NCBI GenBank assembly: GCA_021325135.1
Contig: JAJPHT010000051.1
Location: 1 to 64,000, forward strand
Direction of reading: 5' to 3'
DNA from: Pseudomonadota bacterium
GTDB lineage: Archaea; Thermoplasmatota; SW-10-69-26; JACQPN01; JAJPHT01
Length of the DNA: 64,000 bases
Shown one piece after another: positions 1-8,946 of the stretch (position 1 is its first letter; every line of letters begins with the position of its first letter). A model generated the notes under the pieces. It was not told where the DNA came from, did no database searches, and saw only the letters and a list, made by a program, of their open reading frames with translations. The position numbers and the translations under genes were made by a program.

Positions 1-380
1 GCGCTGCGGATCGTGAGGCTGAAGCGCATCCCGCGCTCCACGGGGCACGCTCTCGTCCCAAGGCCGACGCCGCGGACGATGACCTGCGCGTCGCTCCACT
101 GGAGCACGCGGAGGTTGCAGGCGCTGTTCGCATCGGACGCGATCCAGGGCGCCACGTTGGCATCGCCGCTCGTGCCAAGGCTGACCAAGGGCTGGGTCCC
201 CGGCCCAGGATAGCTCGCGCCGAAGCCGCCGCCCGTCACGAGGAGGAGCGGGTTGGCCTGGAACCCCATGGGCGTGACGAGGCTGACGGTCACCGTTCCC
301 TGCGCAGCTGCGGGCGGAAGGAGAGGCGCCACGAGCGTGAGTACAATGACGGTGGCGACGAACGATCCACGGCTGGACAA
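1..380 (-). CDS. Secreted protein with IPT/TIG-like Ig domain (5' part; continues beyond window)
   Basis: My translation from TTG at 380 reads MSSRGSFVATVIVLTLVAPLLPPAAAQGTVTV...VTGGGFG...LRVLQWSDAQVIV. It has a signal peptide and IPT/TIG-like GxGFG and WSDxxI motifs, and is open to position 1. TTATAG lies upstream on the minus strand (~419-424). Confidence 0.65.
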   Translation of the reverse strand, partial: MSSRGSFVATVIVLTLVAPLLPPAAAQGTVTVSLVTPMGFQANPLLLVTGGGFGASYPGPGTQPLVSLGTSGDANVAPWIASDANSACNLRVLQWSDAQVIVRGVGLGTRACPVERGMRFSLTIRS

Positions 381-659
381 GGCTACAGCCCCGCTGCGGC
401 GGAAGGTGGGCGGGTCTGCTATAACGGTTCGGACGCACGTCGTGTTGGTCTATGCGGATTCTCCTCGCGCACGGAGAACCTTGAGGGCGAATCGCCAGGG
501 CGAGGCGTGGTCCCGTATCAAGGGTACGCATACGGAAGGGTGGCCCTCTCACCGAAAGAAAAACTCCTTCGCTCCGTCATGAGCCGCGCCTCTCAAGGCG
601 CAACTCTCCCTCCTCCATGACCCAATCCTCGGGCACGAGCATGCCCGCAGGTTTTCAAA

Positions 660-672
660 TTGGACCAAGCCC
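660..672 (+). promoter_or_regulatory. Element-specific motif TTGGACCAAGCCC (28 nt before ATG 688)
   Basis: One of 9-11 copies at near-constant spacing to a start codon. Confidence 0.7.
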
Positions 673-687
673 CGCCTTAGAACACTC

Positions 688-765
688 ATGTCGCACAGCA
701 AAGCTCTGAATCTCAGTCCTTCCCGCACATTCGTCACGGCGTCCAGCCCAGAGGTGTCTGAATGA
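688..765 (+). CDS. Putative 25-aa leader peptide MSHSKALNLSPSRTFVTASSPEVSE
   Basis: ATG is 28 nt after the motif. Its stop overlaps the next ATG (ATGA 762-765), and it contains a GAGGTG SD for the next gene. Confidence 0.4.
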   Translation: MSHSKALNLSPSRTFVTASSPEVSE

Positions 766-1316
766 TTGCACAAGAGCCCATCGTCTTGACGCTGATCGGC
801 AAGACCCATGCCTTGGACGACGAGGGCGGAGTCTATGCCGGAACCCACGTCACAATCCACCTGACGCACGCATGGGCGGACGCGCTTCTCGACACCATGC
901 GTCGCTGCGCGAGCCTTGCCACGTGGCCTCTCCTGGCGAAGAACGCGCACGCCGCCCGCCTCCACGACATCCGCATCTGGAATCCCATCAGACTCCAGCC
1001 CTGGACGTGCGACGAGGAGGCCGATTGGGACGCCGCGACACGGCCAGCGTTCGAGGGCCTCGACCTCCTCGGCCAAGCGTGGAGCGCGGAGACCGACGCC
1101 TGGTTCCTTCTGCCCGGTGAGGTGCCCATCCTCGAAGACGCTGCCTCGCGCGACGAATTCGCTTACGCGAGCGAGCTGGAATTCCTCCACGTGAGCCCCG
1201 AGGACGCTGCGTGGCGCTTCAACGTGAAGCATACGAGCGTCGTGATCCAGACTCCCGACCTCACGCTGCGCACTCTCGAAGACGCCCTTAGGCGCCTCGA
1301 TCCATCCAGCCCCTAG
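762..1316 (+). CDS. Hypothetical protein
   Basis: 184-aa ORF with a GAGGTG SD and acidic, protein-like composition. Confidence 0.7.
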   Translation: MIAQEPIVLTLIGKTHALDDEGGVYAGTHVTIHLTHAWADALLDTMRRCASLATWPLLAKNAHAARLHDIRIWNPIRLQPWTCDEEADWDAATRPAFEGLDLLGQAWSAETDAWFLLPGEVPILEDAASRDEFAYASELEFLHVSPEDAAWRFNVKHTSVVIQTPDLTLRTLEDALRRLDPSSP

Positions 1317-1390
1317 GCACTCCTGGACACCAAACCGCAGACGGGGCCGAACGTTCGTCCGCACGATCGCGCCTCATCCTCGCGCCCCCC

Positions 1391-1403
1391 TTGGACCAAG
1401 CCC
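1391..1403 (+). promoter_or_regulatory. Element-specific motif TTGGACCAAGCCC (27 nt before ATG 1418)
   Basis: Exact match to the copies at 660 and 4137. Confidence 0.7.
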
Positions 1404-1417
1404 ACAGCCTTGAAGCC

Positions 1418-2176
1418 ATGTTGAAACTCCATTCACCGAGCGCAAGCAAGCGAACCTCCGCGTTGTCTGCGAAGCAGAAACCGCGACCGAAATCATGGCT
1501 GACCCTCGGCAACGCCAAAGTTGGTGCGTGGACACCCACGTTCAATCTCCTGCCTGGCGATCCCGCGGAGGTGGCGGGGGGGACGTGCCCAGGCGCGTCT
1601 GCCTGGTGCGGCCAAAGATGTTACGCCCGTAGAGGCCGCCAAGCCTGGCCCAGTGTACGCAACCGCTACGCCTCCAACTTCCAACGCATCCAAGAGGAAG
1701 GTCTCGATGCCTTTGTCAAGGGCGTCGTCGCGGAGATTCGCGGACGGGCGGTTGGCATCGTCCGCCTTCACGCCGCGGGAGACTTCTTCGGCGAGGCGTA
1801 CGCGGACGCTTGGGTGCGCATTGTGCGGGCCTGCCCGCACACGCGCTTCTGGGCGTACACGCGCTCGTACCGCGTCCCCGCTCTCCTCCCCCATTTGGAA
1901 CGCCTACACGCGCTGCCCAACATGCAGCTCTTCGCCAGCATCGATCCCAGTATGCCGATCGTGAACCCCGATGCGCAAGACCTGGCGGCTCGCTACGGCG
2001 CGCCCCTCGGCTGGCGCGTCGCCTTGCTGACCACCCAGATCGAGCCGGGCACGAGCCCCCTGGTCTGCCCCCAGCAGGTCGGGAAGATGCCATCCTGCGC
2101 CGCCTGCCAGTTCTGCTTCTCCCGCACACCCGGCGAGAGCGAGACGCAAGGCCACGTCGCCTTCATCCCCCACTGA
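1418..2176 (+). CDS. GP88-family (phage gene product 88-like) Cys-rich Fe-S / radical-SAM-like protein
   Basis: Motifs GNAK, TCPGASAWCGQRCYA, VRLHAAGDF and FWAYTRS, plus a C-terminal CPQQ...CAACQFC, as in GP88-type phage proteins. Confidence 0.7.
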   Translation: MLKLHSPSASKRTSALSAKQKPRPKSWLTLGNAKVGAWTPTFNLLPGDPAEVAGGTCPGASAWCGQRCYARRGRQAWPSVRNRYASNFQRIQEEGLDAFVKGVVAEIRGRAVGIVRLHAAGDFFGEAYADAWVRIVRACPHTRFWAYTRSYRVPALLPHLERLHALPNMQLFASIDPSMPIVNPDAQDLAARYGAPLGWRVALLTTQIEPGTSPLVCPQQVGKMPSCAACQFCFSRTPGESETQGHVAFIPH

Positions 2177-2185
2177 ACAACGCCC
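2173..2185 (+). promoter_or_regulatory. Element-specific motif variant CTGAACAACGCCC (27 nt before ATG 2200)
   Basis: Same spacing as the other copies; overlaps the upstream TGA stop. Confidence 0.55.
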
Positions 2186-2199
2186 TTCAGCTTCTTCTC

Positions 2200-3261
2200 A
2201 TGCCACAGACGACCCTGGAGAGCTACGCCTCTCCTCCAAAACGCAATCTCCGCCCAGAACCAAGGCTGACCGTCTTGAGTTTCGGAGCAGGTCAGGACTC
2301 CACCGCGATGCTCTACCTCTACCGCTACGACGATGCCTGGCGCGCCCGCTGGGCACCACGGGACTTCCTCGTCGTGTTCAGCGACACCGGAGACGAGCAC
2401 CCCGAGACGTACGCCCACATCGAGCGCACGCGCGCCTGGTGCGCCAAGGAGAACATCGCGTTCGAGACCATCACGAAAGACCGAGGGTATCACGCACCCT
2501 CCTGGAGGGACCTCATCACTCACTACCGCGAGTACGAGACGGTCCAAGTCCACGGCTTCTCCGGCGCGTGCACGCAGCAGCTCAAGATCGCGCCCATCTA
2601 CAAGTTTCTCGACGACTGGATCGGCCAGACCTACGGGTATCCCAGCGGCCAGAAGCGGGCCATCCACGCCTTCGGCCGGGAGCATGGGAAGATCCGCGTC
2701 CTCTTGGGCATGGCCGCCAAGGAGACAAAGCGCGTCCCTTACGAGAAGCGGAAGCCCGAACACCAGACGCTCGCCCTCACGCGGGGCCGGGCCAAGAAAC
2801 CCCTCACCCCGCAGGAGCGCGCCGCGCGAAACAACCCGAGCCTGTGGGGCTACTGGATCGACCAGTGCTTCCCGCTCTACGAGGAGGATATCGACCGCGC
2901 GGGCGCCCAGGCCATCATCAAGCGGTACGGCTGCGAGGTTCCCCCTCCTTCGAACTGCATGCGCTGCCACTACCAGAGTCCCATCGAACTGGTCTGGCTC
3001 TGGCGCTTCCATCCCGACAAGTTCCACGAATGGGAGCAGCTTGAGGAGGCGAAGATCCAGCGCGATGCCGCGGGCCGCCCCGACCGCGAGGGCGGGCTGC
3101 GCGTCATCCCACTCGCGGAGTTCCATGGCGTGTACGGCCACAAGCGATTGCGCGAACGACTCAACGAAGCCCTCGCGCAGCACGGCCACATGACCGACGC
3201 GGAGCTTCACGAGTACAAAATGAGCCACGGCCATTGCACCATGACCAACTGGGGCGGATGA
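2200..3261 (+). CDS. PAPS reductase-like / PP-loop (adenine nucleotide alpha-hydrolase) protein
   Basis: LSFGAGQDS PP-loop, FSDTGDEHPETY, CTxxLKIxP, FPL and SNCMRC motifs. Confidence 0.8.
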   Translation: MPQTTLESYASPPKRNLRPEPRLTVLSFGAGQDSTAMLYLYRYDDAWRARWAPRDFLVVFSDTGDEHPETYAHIERTRAWCAKENIAFETITKDRGYHAPSWRDLITHYREYETVQVHGFSGACTQQLKIAPIYKFLDDWIGQTYGYPSGQKRAIHAFGREHGKIRVLLGMAAKETKRVPYEKRKPEHQTLALTRGRAKKPLTPQERAARNNPSLWGYWIDQCFPLYEEDIDRAGAQAIIKRYGCEVPPPSNCMRCHYQSPIELVWLWRFHPDKFHEWEQLEEAKIQRDAAGRPDREGGLRVIPLAEFHGVYGHKRLRERLNEALAQHGHMTDAELHEYKMSHGHCTMTNWGG

Positions 3262-3264
3262 CGC

Positions 3265-4020
3265 CTAACCGCCCGGGGTTGTGGACGTCGGGTCGTCCTG
3301 GTGATGATCATGGCGCCGCGCCTCCTCGGGCGAGGTGCCAAGGAGACGGGACAGATTCTCGTAGAATCCCCGTCCATGGGCGTTCCCGTAGCCTCGGCGC
3401 TTGTGCGAGCGGCTCAGGTGGCTGACTTCGTGCGCCATCAAGCGCGCGGGCTCGGTGACCGGATGCCGCCGCATGAGGTGGTCCACGTAGGAGCGCGACA
3501 CGCAGATGTCTCCCCGATGGTGGACCCAGCGCCTGCGCTTCAAGTGGACCAGTTCGCCCTTGATGCGACGCCAGCCCGGCGCGTAACCGACCGGGTGGGT
3601 GTGCACGTGGGCGCGCACGACTCGCGCGCACGCGCCCGGCGTGCCCGCCCAACGCACGGTCGGACGCACGACGCCAAGCGTCGTCGCGAAAGCTTCGGCC
3701 TCCCGTTGGAGGCGTGCCAAGAGCGCGGCCTCGTCCGCCTCCGCAGTCTCCCTCGTCTGCTCCTCCAACGCTTGGAAAAGCGTGGCAGGCTCGTGCACGG
3801 GTTCAGGCGGGGGCTCGGCGGCGCGGCGTTCCACGACGCGCCGGAGCGCGCGAGCGCTGCGCTCATGCCTCTTCATGAGCGTCGTGAGACGCTTGATCTT
3901 CGTAGCCAACTCTCGAACTTTCGTCTCAGCGAGAGCAAGGCGTTCCTCGGGAGTCTTCTTTGCGGCGCGGCGCTGCTTGGGCGTTGATATCACCGTGAAC
4001 GTAACGCCTTGCGAGGACAT
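3265..4020 (-). CDS. Zincin-like (SprT/YgjP-type) metallopeptidase-domain protein with N-terminal coiled coil
   Basis: LMAHEVSHL followed by HGRGFY (HExxH plus downstream HxxxF). Confidence 0.6.
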   Translation of the reverse strand: MSSQGVTFTVISTPKQRRAAKKTPEERLALAETKVRELATKIKRLTTLMKRHERSARALRRVVERRAAEPPPEPVHEPATLFQALEEQTRETAEADEAALLARLQREAEAFATTLGVVRPTVRWAGTPGACARVVRAHVHTHPVGYAPGWRRIKGELVHLKRRRWVHHRGDICVSRSYVDHLMRRHPVTEPARLMAHEVSHLSRSHKRRGYGNAHGRGFYENLSRLLGTSPEEARRHDHHQDDPTSTTPGG

Positions 4021-4136
4021 CTTTCCGTCGGCACGAGCGCGTTTGAGCGCATCGCAACAGTTGAAGCGATGAACACGCGGCGTGATATCACCAGCGCACG
4101 CTCATCGAACTTGAACTTGTTGTGGACACCTCGCGC

Positions 4137-4149
4137 TTGGACCAAGCCC
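4137..4149 (+). promoter_or_regulatory. Element-specific motif TTGGACCAAGCCC (28 nt before ATG 4165)
   Basis: Exact motif copy; predicts an unannotated Zn-finger ORF. Confidence 0.7.
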
Positions 4150-4164
4150 TTCTGCGTTGCTTGA

Positions 4165-4338
4165 ATGAACGATCCATTTGTCTGCATTCGATGTGGAAAG
4201 CCTGCCTACGGCTTCCCCACCCAGGCGGTGTGCCGCGCATGCCGCGGCGCTCCCCGGTCGCCCCCCCGAGTGCTGCGGCCCGATCCCGACGAGTTCCTCC
4301 CCGACCTCCCTGAAGTCCCGATGCCGGAGGCGACATGA
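4165..4338 (+). CDS. 57-aa CxxC/CxxC zinc-finger microprotein (not in ORF track)
   Basis: MNDPFVCIRCGKPAYGFPTQAVCRACRGAPRSPPRVLRPDPDEFLPDLPEVPMPEAT*. ATG lies 28 nt after the motif, and the stop overlaps the next gene (ATGA). Confidence 0.75.
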   Translation: MNDPFVCIRCGKPAYGFPTQAVCRACRGAPRSPPRVLRPDPDEFLPDLPEVPMPEAT

Positions 4339-4739
4339 GGCCACCCAACCCCATCACGGCCCAGCAGAGCGCGGCCATCGACGATCTTCTCGAGGCCTCC
4401 GACGAAGTCGCACGCCTGCTGGACGTCTCCCTCCCCGACCTCATGCCGGCCATCCGGCGCCGCCTGGAGCGTCGGCCGCGTCTCATCTCACGCGAGGAGT
4501 TCGTCGAGCGCCTGCGCACCAACCGCTCGCTCCACGAGCAGGCCACCGAAACGCTGCGCGACCTGAGCCTCGCCTTCGAGCTGCGTGCGGAGGAGCACGA
4601 GGACGCACTCCTGCGCGCCTTGGGCCACGACACCACGGCGCTGGCCAACCTGCGGGAAGAAGCCCACCAATTCCACGCCGCCCTGGCGCGCAGACGAGCC
4701 GACCTCCGCCTGAGCCCGGTCAGGAGCCCGGAGGGATGA
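4335..4739 (+). CDS. Hypothetical alpha-helical protein
   Basis: 134-aa ORF coupled to its neighbours, with a GGAGG SD upstream. Confidence 0.7.
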   Translation: MRPPNPITAQQSAAIDDLLEASDEVARLLDVSLPDLMPAIRRRLERRPRLISREEFVERLRTNRSLHEQATETLRDLSLAFELRAEEHEDALLRALGHDTTALANLREEAHQFHAALARRRADLRLSPVRSPEG

Positions 4740-4743
4740 GCGC

Positions 4744-5655
4744 GTGGCCCGCCTGCGTCGGCGCCCCTTCATCGTCTACGCCGGCAGCGTCGCCGGCCTC
4801 CACGCCCTCCGGGAGCTCATCAAGTTCCAGATGGGGCGCTTGATCGCCGCCACCGCCTGGAAGAACCCGGAGCCTCGCATTCCGTGGTGCTTCGACAACG
4901 GTGCCTACCACGCCTACAGGAAGGCCCTGCGCACGGGCAAGACACCCGTGTTCCCCGAGCGCGAGTTCACCCAATGCCTCTGGGACGAGACGGTGGGGGT
5001 GGGCAAGATCGAGATGGGCCTCTGGGGCGCCACGTTGCGCAGTGTCAAGAACCCCCGCCGCAAGCCCCTCAACACGGGCTTCGCCTCCTGGCCCGACTTC
5101 GGCGTCTGCCCCGACATCGTCATGGGCGGTCGGGAGAGTCTCCACTTCAGCCTCGGCTGGATCGACCGCCTTCCGCGCCAGATCCCATGGCTCTTCGCGG
5201 CCCAAGACGGCATGAGCCTGCGCGACATCGCCTACGCCTGGGAATATGCCCTGGAACTGGAGTGCCCCTTCTCGGGCATCTTCGTGGGCGGCAGCGACGC
5301 CTTCAAGGACGAGATGACGCCCAGCCTGGTGCGCTTCGTGGCGCGCCGGGCCAACGACTACGAGCCCGATCCCTACTGCCACGTGGGTCGGGTCAGCCGT
5401 GTCGAGCGGATTGCCTGGGCCATACGCGTGGGCGCCACGAGCGTCGACAGCAGCGCCTTCGGCCGCGCCCACACCTACCAGCGGGCCCAAGAAGCACGCA
5501 ACCTCGTCCGCGTCCAACGCCACCTGGCGGACCGCGTCACGTTCGAGGAGGATCTCCTCTCCCAGGAGCCCTCGCCCCGATTCGTGAGCCGCAAGCGGCG
5601 CAGGATTCAGCCGACACGGACCCGTGGAAGAAGCCTCCCAGGAACCCCCAGATGA
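4744..5655 (+). CDS. tRNA-guanine transglycosylase (TGT)/DpdA-like TIM-barrel protein
   Basis: FDNGAY, PDIV, AQDG, IFVGGSxxFK, CHVGRV and SVDSS follow the motif order of phage TGT/DpdA-like proteins (DSG-type, QG-type, HxxG, SxD). Confidence 0.6.
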   Translation: MARLRRRPFIVYAGSVAGLHALRELIKFQMGRLIAATAWKNPEPRIPWCFDNGAYHAYRKALRTGKTPVFPEREFTQCLWDETVGVGKIEMGLWGATLRSVKNPRRKPLNTGFASWPDFGVCPDIVMGGRESLHFSLGWIDRLPRQIPWLFAAQDGMSLRDIAYAWEYALELECPFSGIFVGGSDAFKDEMTPSLVRFVARRANDYEPDPYCHVGRVSRVERIAWAIRVGATSVDSSAFGRAHTYQRAQEARNLVRVQRHLADRVTFEEDLLSQEPSPRFVSRKRRRIQPTRTRGRSLPGTPR

Positions 5656-6089
5656 CAGAATGGATCAGCGACATCGTATTCTCCTTTGACCAAAACCGAC
5701 GCATCACGAGCGTGCCCTGCCCAGATTGTCCCAGCCGGGAGGGAGAGGTGTGCGTCGGTGTCCCTCAGGGATCTCACCACTTCCGCCGCGTCCAGGCCGC
5801 CGGCGTCCCCACGCCCATCGACGTGGGCCTCTCGGCCTACCTCGACGAAGCCCAGGCCAAGGCGGCCGCCCTCCTGACGCACCCCCCAGCCGCGCTGGCC
5901 GCGGACCTGCGCGCAGGCTACCTCGACGTGCTCGCTCGGGCCTTGGCTCTCCTGGCCGTCTTGGAGCGGAGCGGGCGACGCGACATCCTCGACACAGAAC
6001 CCATGGACATGCTCAGCGAGGCCTTGGAGGAAACGGCGTTCCTGATCCTCGTGGCCCACCACATGGCGGCACGCGACTCCCCCTCATAG
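5652..6089 (+). CDS. Zinc-finger protein (CPxC...C...H-xxR)
   Basis: ATGA overlap with the previous gene; CPDCPSREGEVCVGVPQGSHHFRR. Confidence 0.65.
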   Translation: MTEWISDIVFSFDQNRRITSVPCPDCPSREGEVCVGVPQGSHHFRRVQAAGVPTPIDVGLSAYLDEAQAKAAALLTHPPAALAADLRAGYLDVLARALALLAVLERSGRRDILDTEPMDMLSEALEETAFLILVAHHMAARDSPS

Positions 6090-6124
6090 ACTGCGCACCC
6101 CGAGAGCACGTTGGAACCGCCAGT

Positions 6125-6137
6125 CTGAACCAAGTCC
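6125..6137 (+). promoter_or_regulatory. Element-specific motif CTGAACCAAGTCC (27 nt before ATG 6152)
   Basis: Motif copy with one mismatch, same spacing. Confidence 0.65.
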
Positions 6138-6151
6138 CGACAGAGAAAACC

Positions 6152-6748
6152 ATGAGCCACCAGACCGAGACCATTCTGCACTCCCCCTACGAGACGCCCT
6201 ATGAGGACGCCTGCTTCTACCCAGCCGGAATCCTGGCCACGATCCGAGGCCCCAAGGGCAGCTTTGACATCGAAGCCCAAGGAGAACTCCGCGTCCTCAA
6301 CCACGAAACGGGCCAGGAGATCCGAGACTCGGACGAACTCCGCCGCGCGTTCCCCACGGGTCGTCTCCCGGACGAGACTGGCGAGGAGACGCCCTGGGAG
6401 GTCTCCTCCAACCGCTGGTGGGCCCTGATCCATCCCAACGACCCCTGTGGTGAACTCGACGACGTCTGCGACAGCTTCCACGGTGCCCTTGAGGCCGCCT
6501 TGGAGGCCGCGGGAGTGCCCTCCATGCCCTTTGACGAATTCGTCCAGCGCGATGGAGATGCCTGCCCGCACTGCTGGCTCAATCTCTCTGGCCGCGAATC
6601 CGCCAGCTTCGTCGAGGCCAGCCCCGGCAGCGTCCAGCGCGTCGGCACGTGCCCTGCCTGCAGAACGAGCTGGACCGAGCTGTGGAACCTCCGGGGCTAC
6701 GCCATCCTGACGCCCCAGCCGGAACCCACGCCCACCTCAAACGCATAG
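6152..6748 (+). CDS. Acidic hypothetical protein with C-terminal Zn ribbon
   Basis: CPHCW...CPACR; ATG follows the motif. Confidence 0.7.
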   Translation: MSHQTETILHSPYETPYEDACFYPAGILATIRGPKGSFDIEAQGELRVLNHETGQEIRDSDELRRAFPTGRLPDETGEETPWEVSSNRWWALIHPNDPCGELDDVCDSFHGALEAALEAAGVPSMPFDEFVQRDGDACPHCWLNLSGRESASFVEASPGSVQRVGTCPACRTSWTELWNLRGYAILTPQPEPTPTSNA

Positions 6749-6800
6749 GCCCGTCGGCACGACGCCTTCTTGGGGTCCCACCCCCTTGCAGAGGCCAGGC

Positions 6801-7388
6801 ATGACGGCGCCGCCACCCTCCTCGAGGAACACCCCCTCCGCTGAGGGGAAGGCCCGGTGGCCCACGCCCCAAGCGCTGGGCCGGATCCGAGTCCCAGCAG
6901 ACGTCCAGGAGGCTTGGCGCAGCATTCCTGAAGTGGCATGTAAGGGGCTCTGCCAGGCTTCCTGCCGGGCCTGGAGCGCGACCCAAGCCGAGGGCCGCAT
7001 CTTGGAGAGCGCCGTAGGCCCGGTCCAAGTCGAGGGCCCAACATGCCCCTTCTTGACCACAAAGGGGCGCTGCGGAGTTTACCGCCTGCGCCCCCTCGTG
7101 TGCCGCGCCTTCGGCGCAGTCCCGAGCCTTCCTTGCCCACACGGATGCGAGCCAAAAGACGGCATGCTGCTCTCGGATTTTGCCTTCTACGAGATCCACG
7201 CGCGCCTTGCTGGGAAGGGACCCAAGTATTCTCCCTGGGCCAGCGACGCTTGCCTTGCCTGTGGAGGCGCTTTGGACGCCGAGGCGCGGCAACGGGGCGA
7301 CCTGGAATGCGGGACGTGCCTCCTGAGGAACTTGGCCCAACGCGCGCCCGTCCTCTGGCAGCAACAAGAGGCCATGAACCTCGACTGA
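6801..7388 (+). CDS. YkgJ-family (zinc/iron-chelating cysteine cluster) protein
   Basis: CKGLCQASC...CPFL...GRCGVYxxRPLVCRAFG signature plus a C-terminal CxxC...CxxC. Confidence 0.75.
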   Translation: MTAPPPSSRNTPSAEGKARWPTPQALGRIRVPADVQEAWRSIPEVACKGLCQASCRAWSATQAEGRILESAVGPVQVEGPTCPFLTTKGRCGVYRLRPLVCRAFGAVPSLPCPHGCEPKDGMLLSDFAFYEIHARLAGKGPKYSPWASDACLACGGALDAEARQRGDLECGTCLLRNLAQRAPVLWQQQEAMNLD

Positions 7389-7410
7389 GCCAGCGGTCCC
7401 CGCCCTCAGG

Positions 7411-7692
7411 CTACGCGCTTGCCTCGCGGGCGCGCAGTCGGGCCGCGAAGGCGTCTAGGTCGTGCTCCCGGGCGAGCTTGACCCGGATCGTCTCGACGAG
7501 CGCCTCCACTTGCGGCCTGGTGAACACGAAGCTCACGCCCGTGTTCCCCGTCGTCGATTCGAGGAGCCAGTCCTCGCCATCCCGGCGCAGGACGATTCCT
7601 TCGGCGATCTCGACCTCCGCATTGACGAAGCGAATGTCGGCCATCATCCGCGCATCCTCTTCAGGCGTCAGGTCTCTTGCAGGTTCAACCAT
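7411..7692 (-). CDS. Hypothetical protein
   Basis: 93-aa ORF with a GAGGAG SD upstream. Confidence 0.6.
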   Translation of the reverse strand: MVEPARDLTPEEDARMMADIRFVNAEVEIAEGIVLRRDGEDWLLESTTGNTGVSFVFTRPQVEALVETIRVKLAREHDLDAFAARLRAREASA

Positions 7693-7913
7693 GCGCTCCT
7701 CGTGACCAGGAGGTATCTTGAGAGTGCCGGTGGCCCCTCCCTCGAACCGCCGGAGGGCTCAAGACCCCCACCACTGCAGCGCTGCGCCCGCGCTCGCCCA
7801 CCATTCGCCGAGGCCGCGTCTAAGCCTTCGGCACTCGCCCCTTCCCGCCGCAACAGCGCTCCTGCGATGAGAGAGCTGGCGCTGCACGTGTCCGAAGACT
7901 CCTGTTGACAACC

Positions 7914-8024
7914 ATGATCCCAACCGAATCCCCAGCCGTCTCCACCTCAAGTCCGCAAGACACGTCCCGTGTTCCGCCGACACCGAACCGGGCCCGCTCG
8001 GTTCTCCTCAGGAGGAAGGCCTGA
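7914..8024 (+). CDS. Putative 36-aa Ser/Pro/Thr-rich leader peptide
   Basis: MIPTESPAVSTSSPQDTSRVPPTPNRARSVLLRRKA*. TGATG overlap with 8024; contains an AGGAGG SD. Confidence 0.35.
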   Translation: MIPTESPAVSTSSPQDTSRVPPTPNRARSVLLRRKA

Positions 8025-8365
8025 TGCGAATCCGCCTTTCCGTCGAGGGCCCCGAGGATGAGGCCGCCTTGGTCGAGAGAGTGCGTCTCCTGGAAAAGGC
8101 AGAGGGCCACCCCGCATGGTACGCCCTGGTCAAGCTGCGCGACGGCCGAACCCTCTTCGGCACCTACGGCGCCGACGCGGAGGGGTGCATTCTCCTCACG
8201 AACGACTGGAACCTCGACAACCTCCCTGATCTCGCGCACGTGGCCCGACGCCACGGCTGGCTCGCCAGCGAGACCCGTGTCGCACTCCACCCCAGCAAGA
8301 TCCACTGGCTGGAGTTCGTCCCCGAAGGAAGCCCCTTCTTCTACTCGGGCGCGCGGCACGAGTAG
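8024..8365 (+). CDS. Hypothetical protein
   Basis: 113-aa ORF with a strong AGGAGG SD. Confidence 0.7.
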   Translation: MRIRLSVEGPEDEAALVERVRLLEKAEGHPAWYALVKLRDGRTLFGTYGADAEGCILLTNDWNLDNLPDLAHVARRHGWLASETRVALHPSKIHWLEFVPEGSPFFYSGARHE

Positions 8366-8383
8366 CCTCTCGTCTCTCATCGC

Positions 8384-8396
8384 CTGAACCAAGCCC
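8384..8396 (+). promoter_or_regulatory. Element-specific motif CTGAACCAAGCCC (28 nt before ATG 8412)
   Basis: Identical to the copy at 10983. Confidence 0.7.
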
Positions 8397-8411
8397 CTTG
8401 AGAACCATTCC

Positions 8412-8946
8412 ATGTCTTCCGACCAAACGACAGGCCCGAACAACCCCACTGCCCCGAACCACGCTGGCGCTCTCCTCCTGCTCGGCTCCCTCTTGGACCA
8501 GGACCACGTCGCCGCGACGCGCGCGAAGCTGAAGGAGGCGATGGAGAATCCCTGGTGGCTTCCCTACCAAGTCCACCACCCAGAGGGGGTGAGCGGCAAC
8601 GTTCGCCTCGCTCGGCGGCACGTGGCTGACGCGTGGACGTGGTCGCCCCCCAACGGGCATCATCTTCGACTGGGTCTGACACGACATCTGGCGCGACCTC
8701 GACCCCCGGAACCTCCTCGAATACGACCGGCTCACGCGCCGTTTCAAGAGCATCGCGAAGCGTCAGGAATGCTGGGCCGAGGCCTTCCTCGCTCGCCTCG
8801 CCAACATCTACGACGGGCTGGAGAGCGCGGTGGCCGAGGCCAACCGCGCCACGCGCGCCCTCAACGAGGAGCGCTACCACTCCCTCCTCAAGATCCTCGG
8901 GCTGGATGCCGCGCCCGCCACGCCCCCTTCCCGGGAGGGCACTTGA
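8412..8946 (+). pseudogene. Frameshifted hypothetical gene
   Basis: Protein-like sequence switches to the +1 frame near 8655 (GIIFDWV*HDIWRDLDPRNLLEY...REGT*), with an in-frame TGA at 8677-8679. Confidence 0.55.

Noticed and set aside
430-655. Several short hairpins in the divergent spacer as an ncRNA
   Set aside because: Stems are only 5-6 bp in GC-rich DNA and are not distinguishable from chance by eye.
2200-3261. dndC (phosphorothioation) or cysH call
   Set aside because: No dndBDE or sulfate assimilation neighbours; only superfamily-level motifs are visible.
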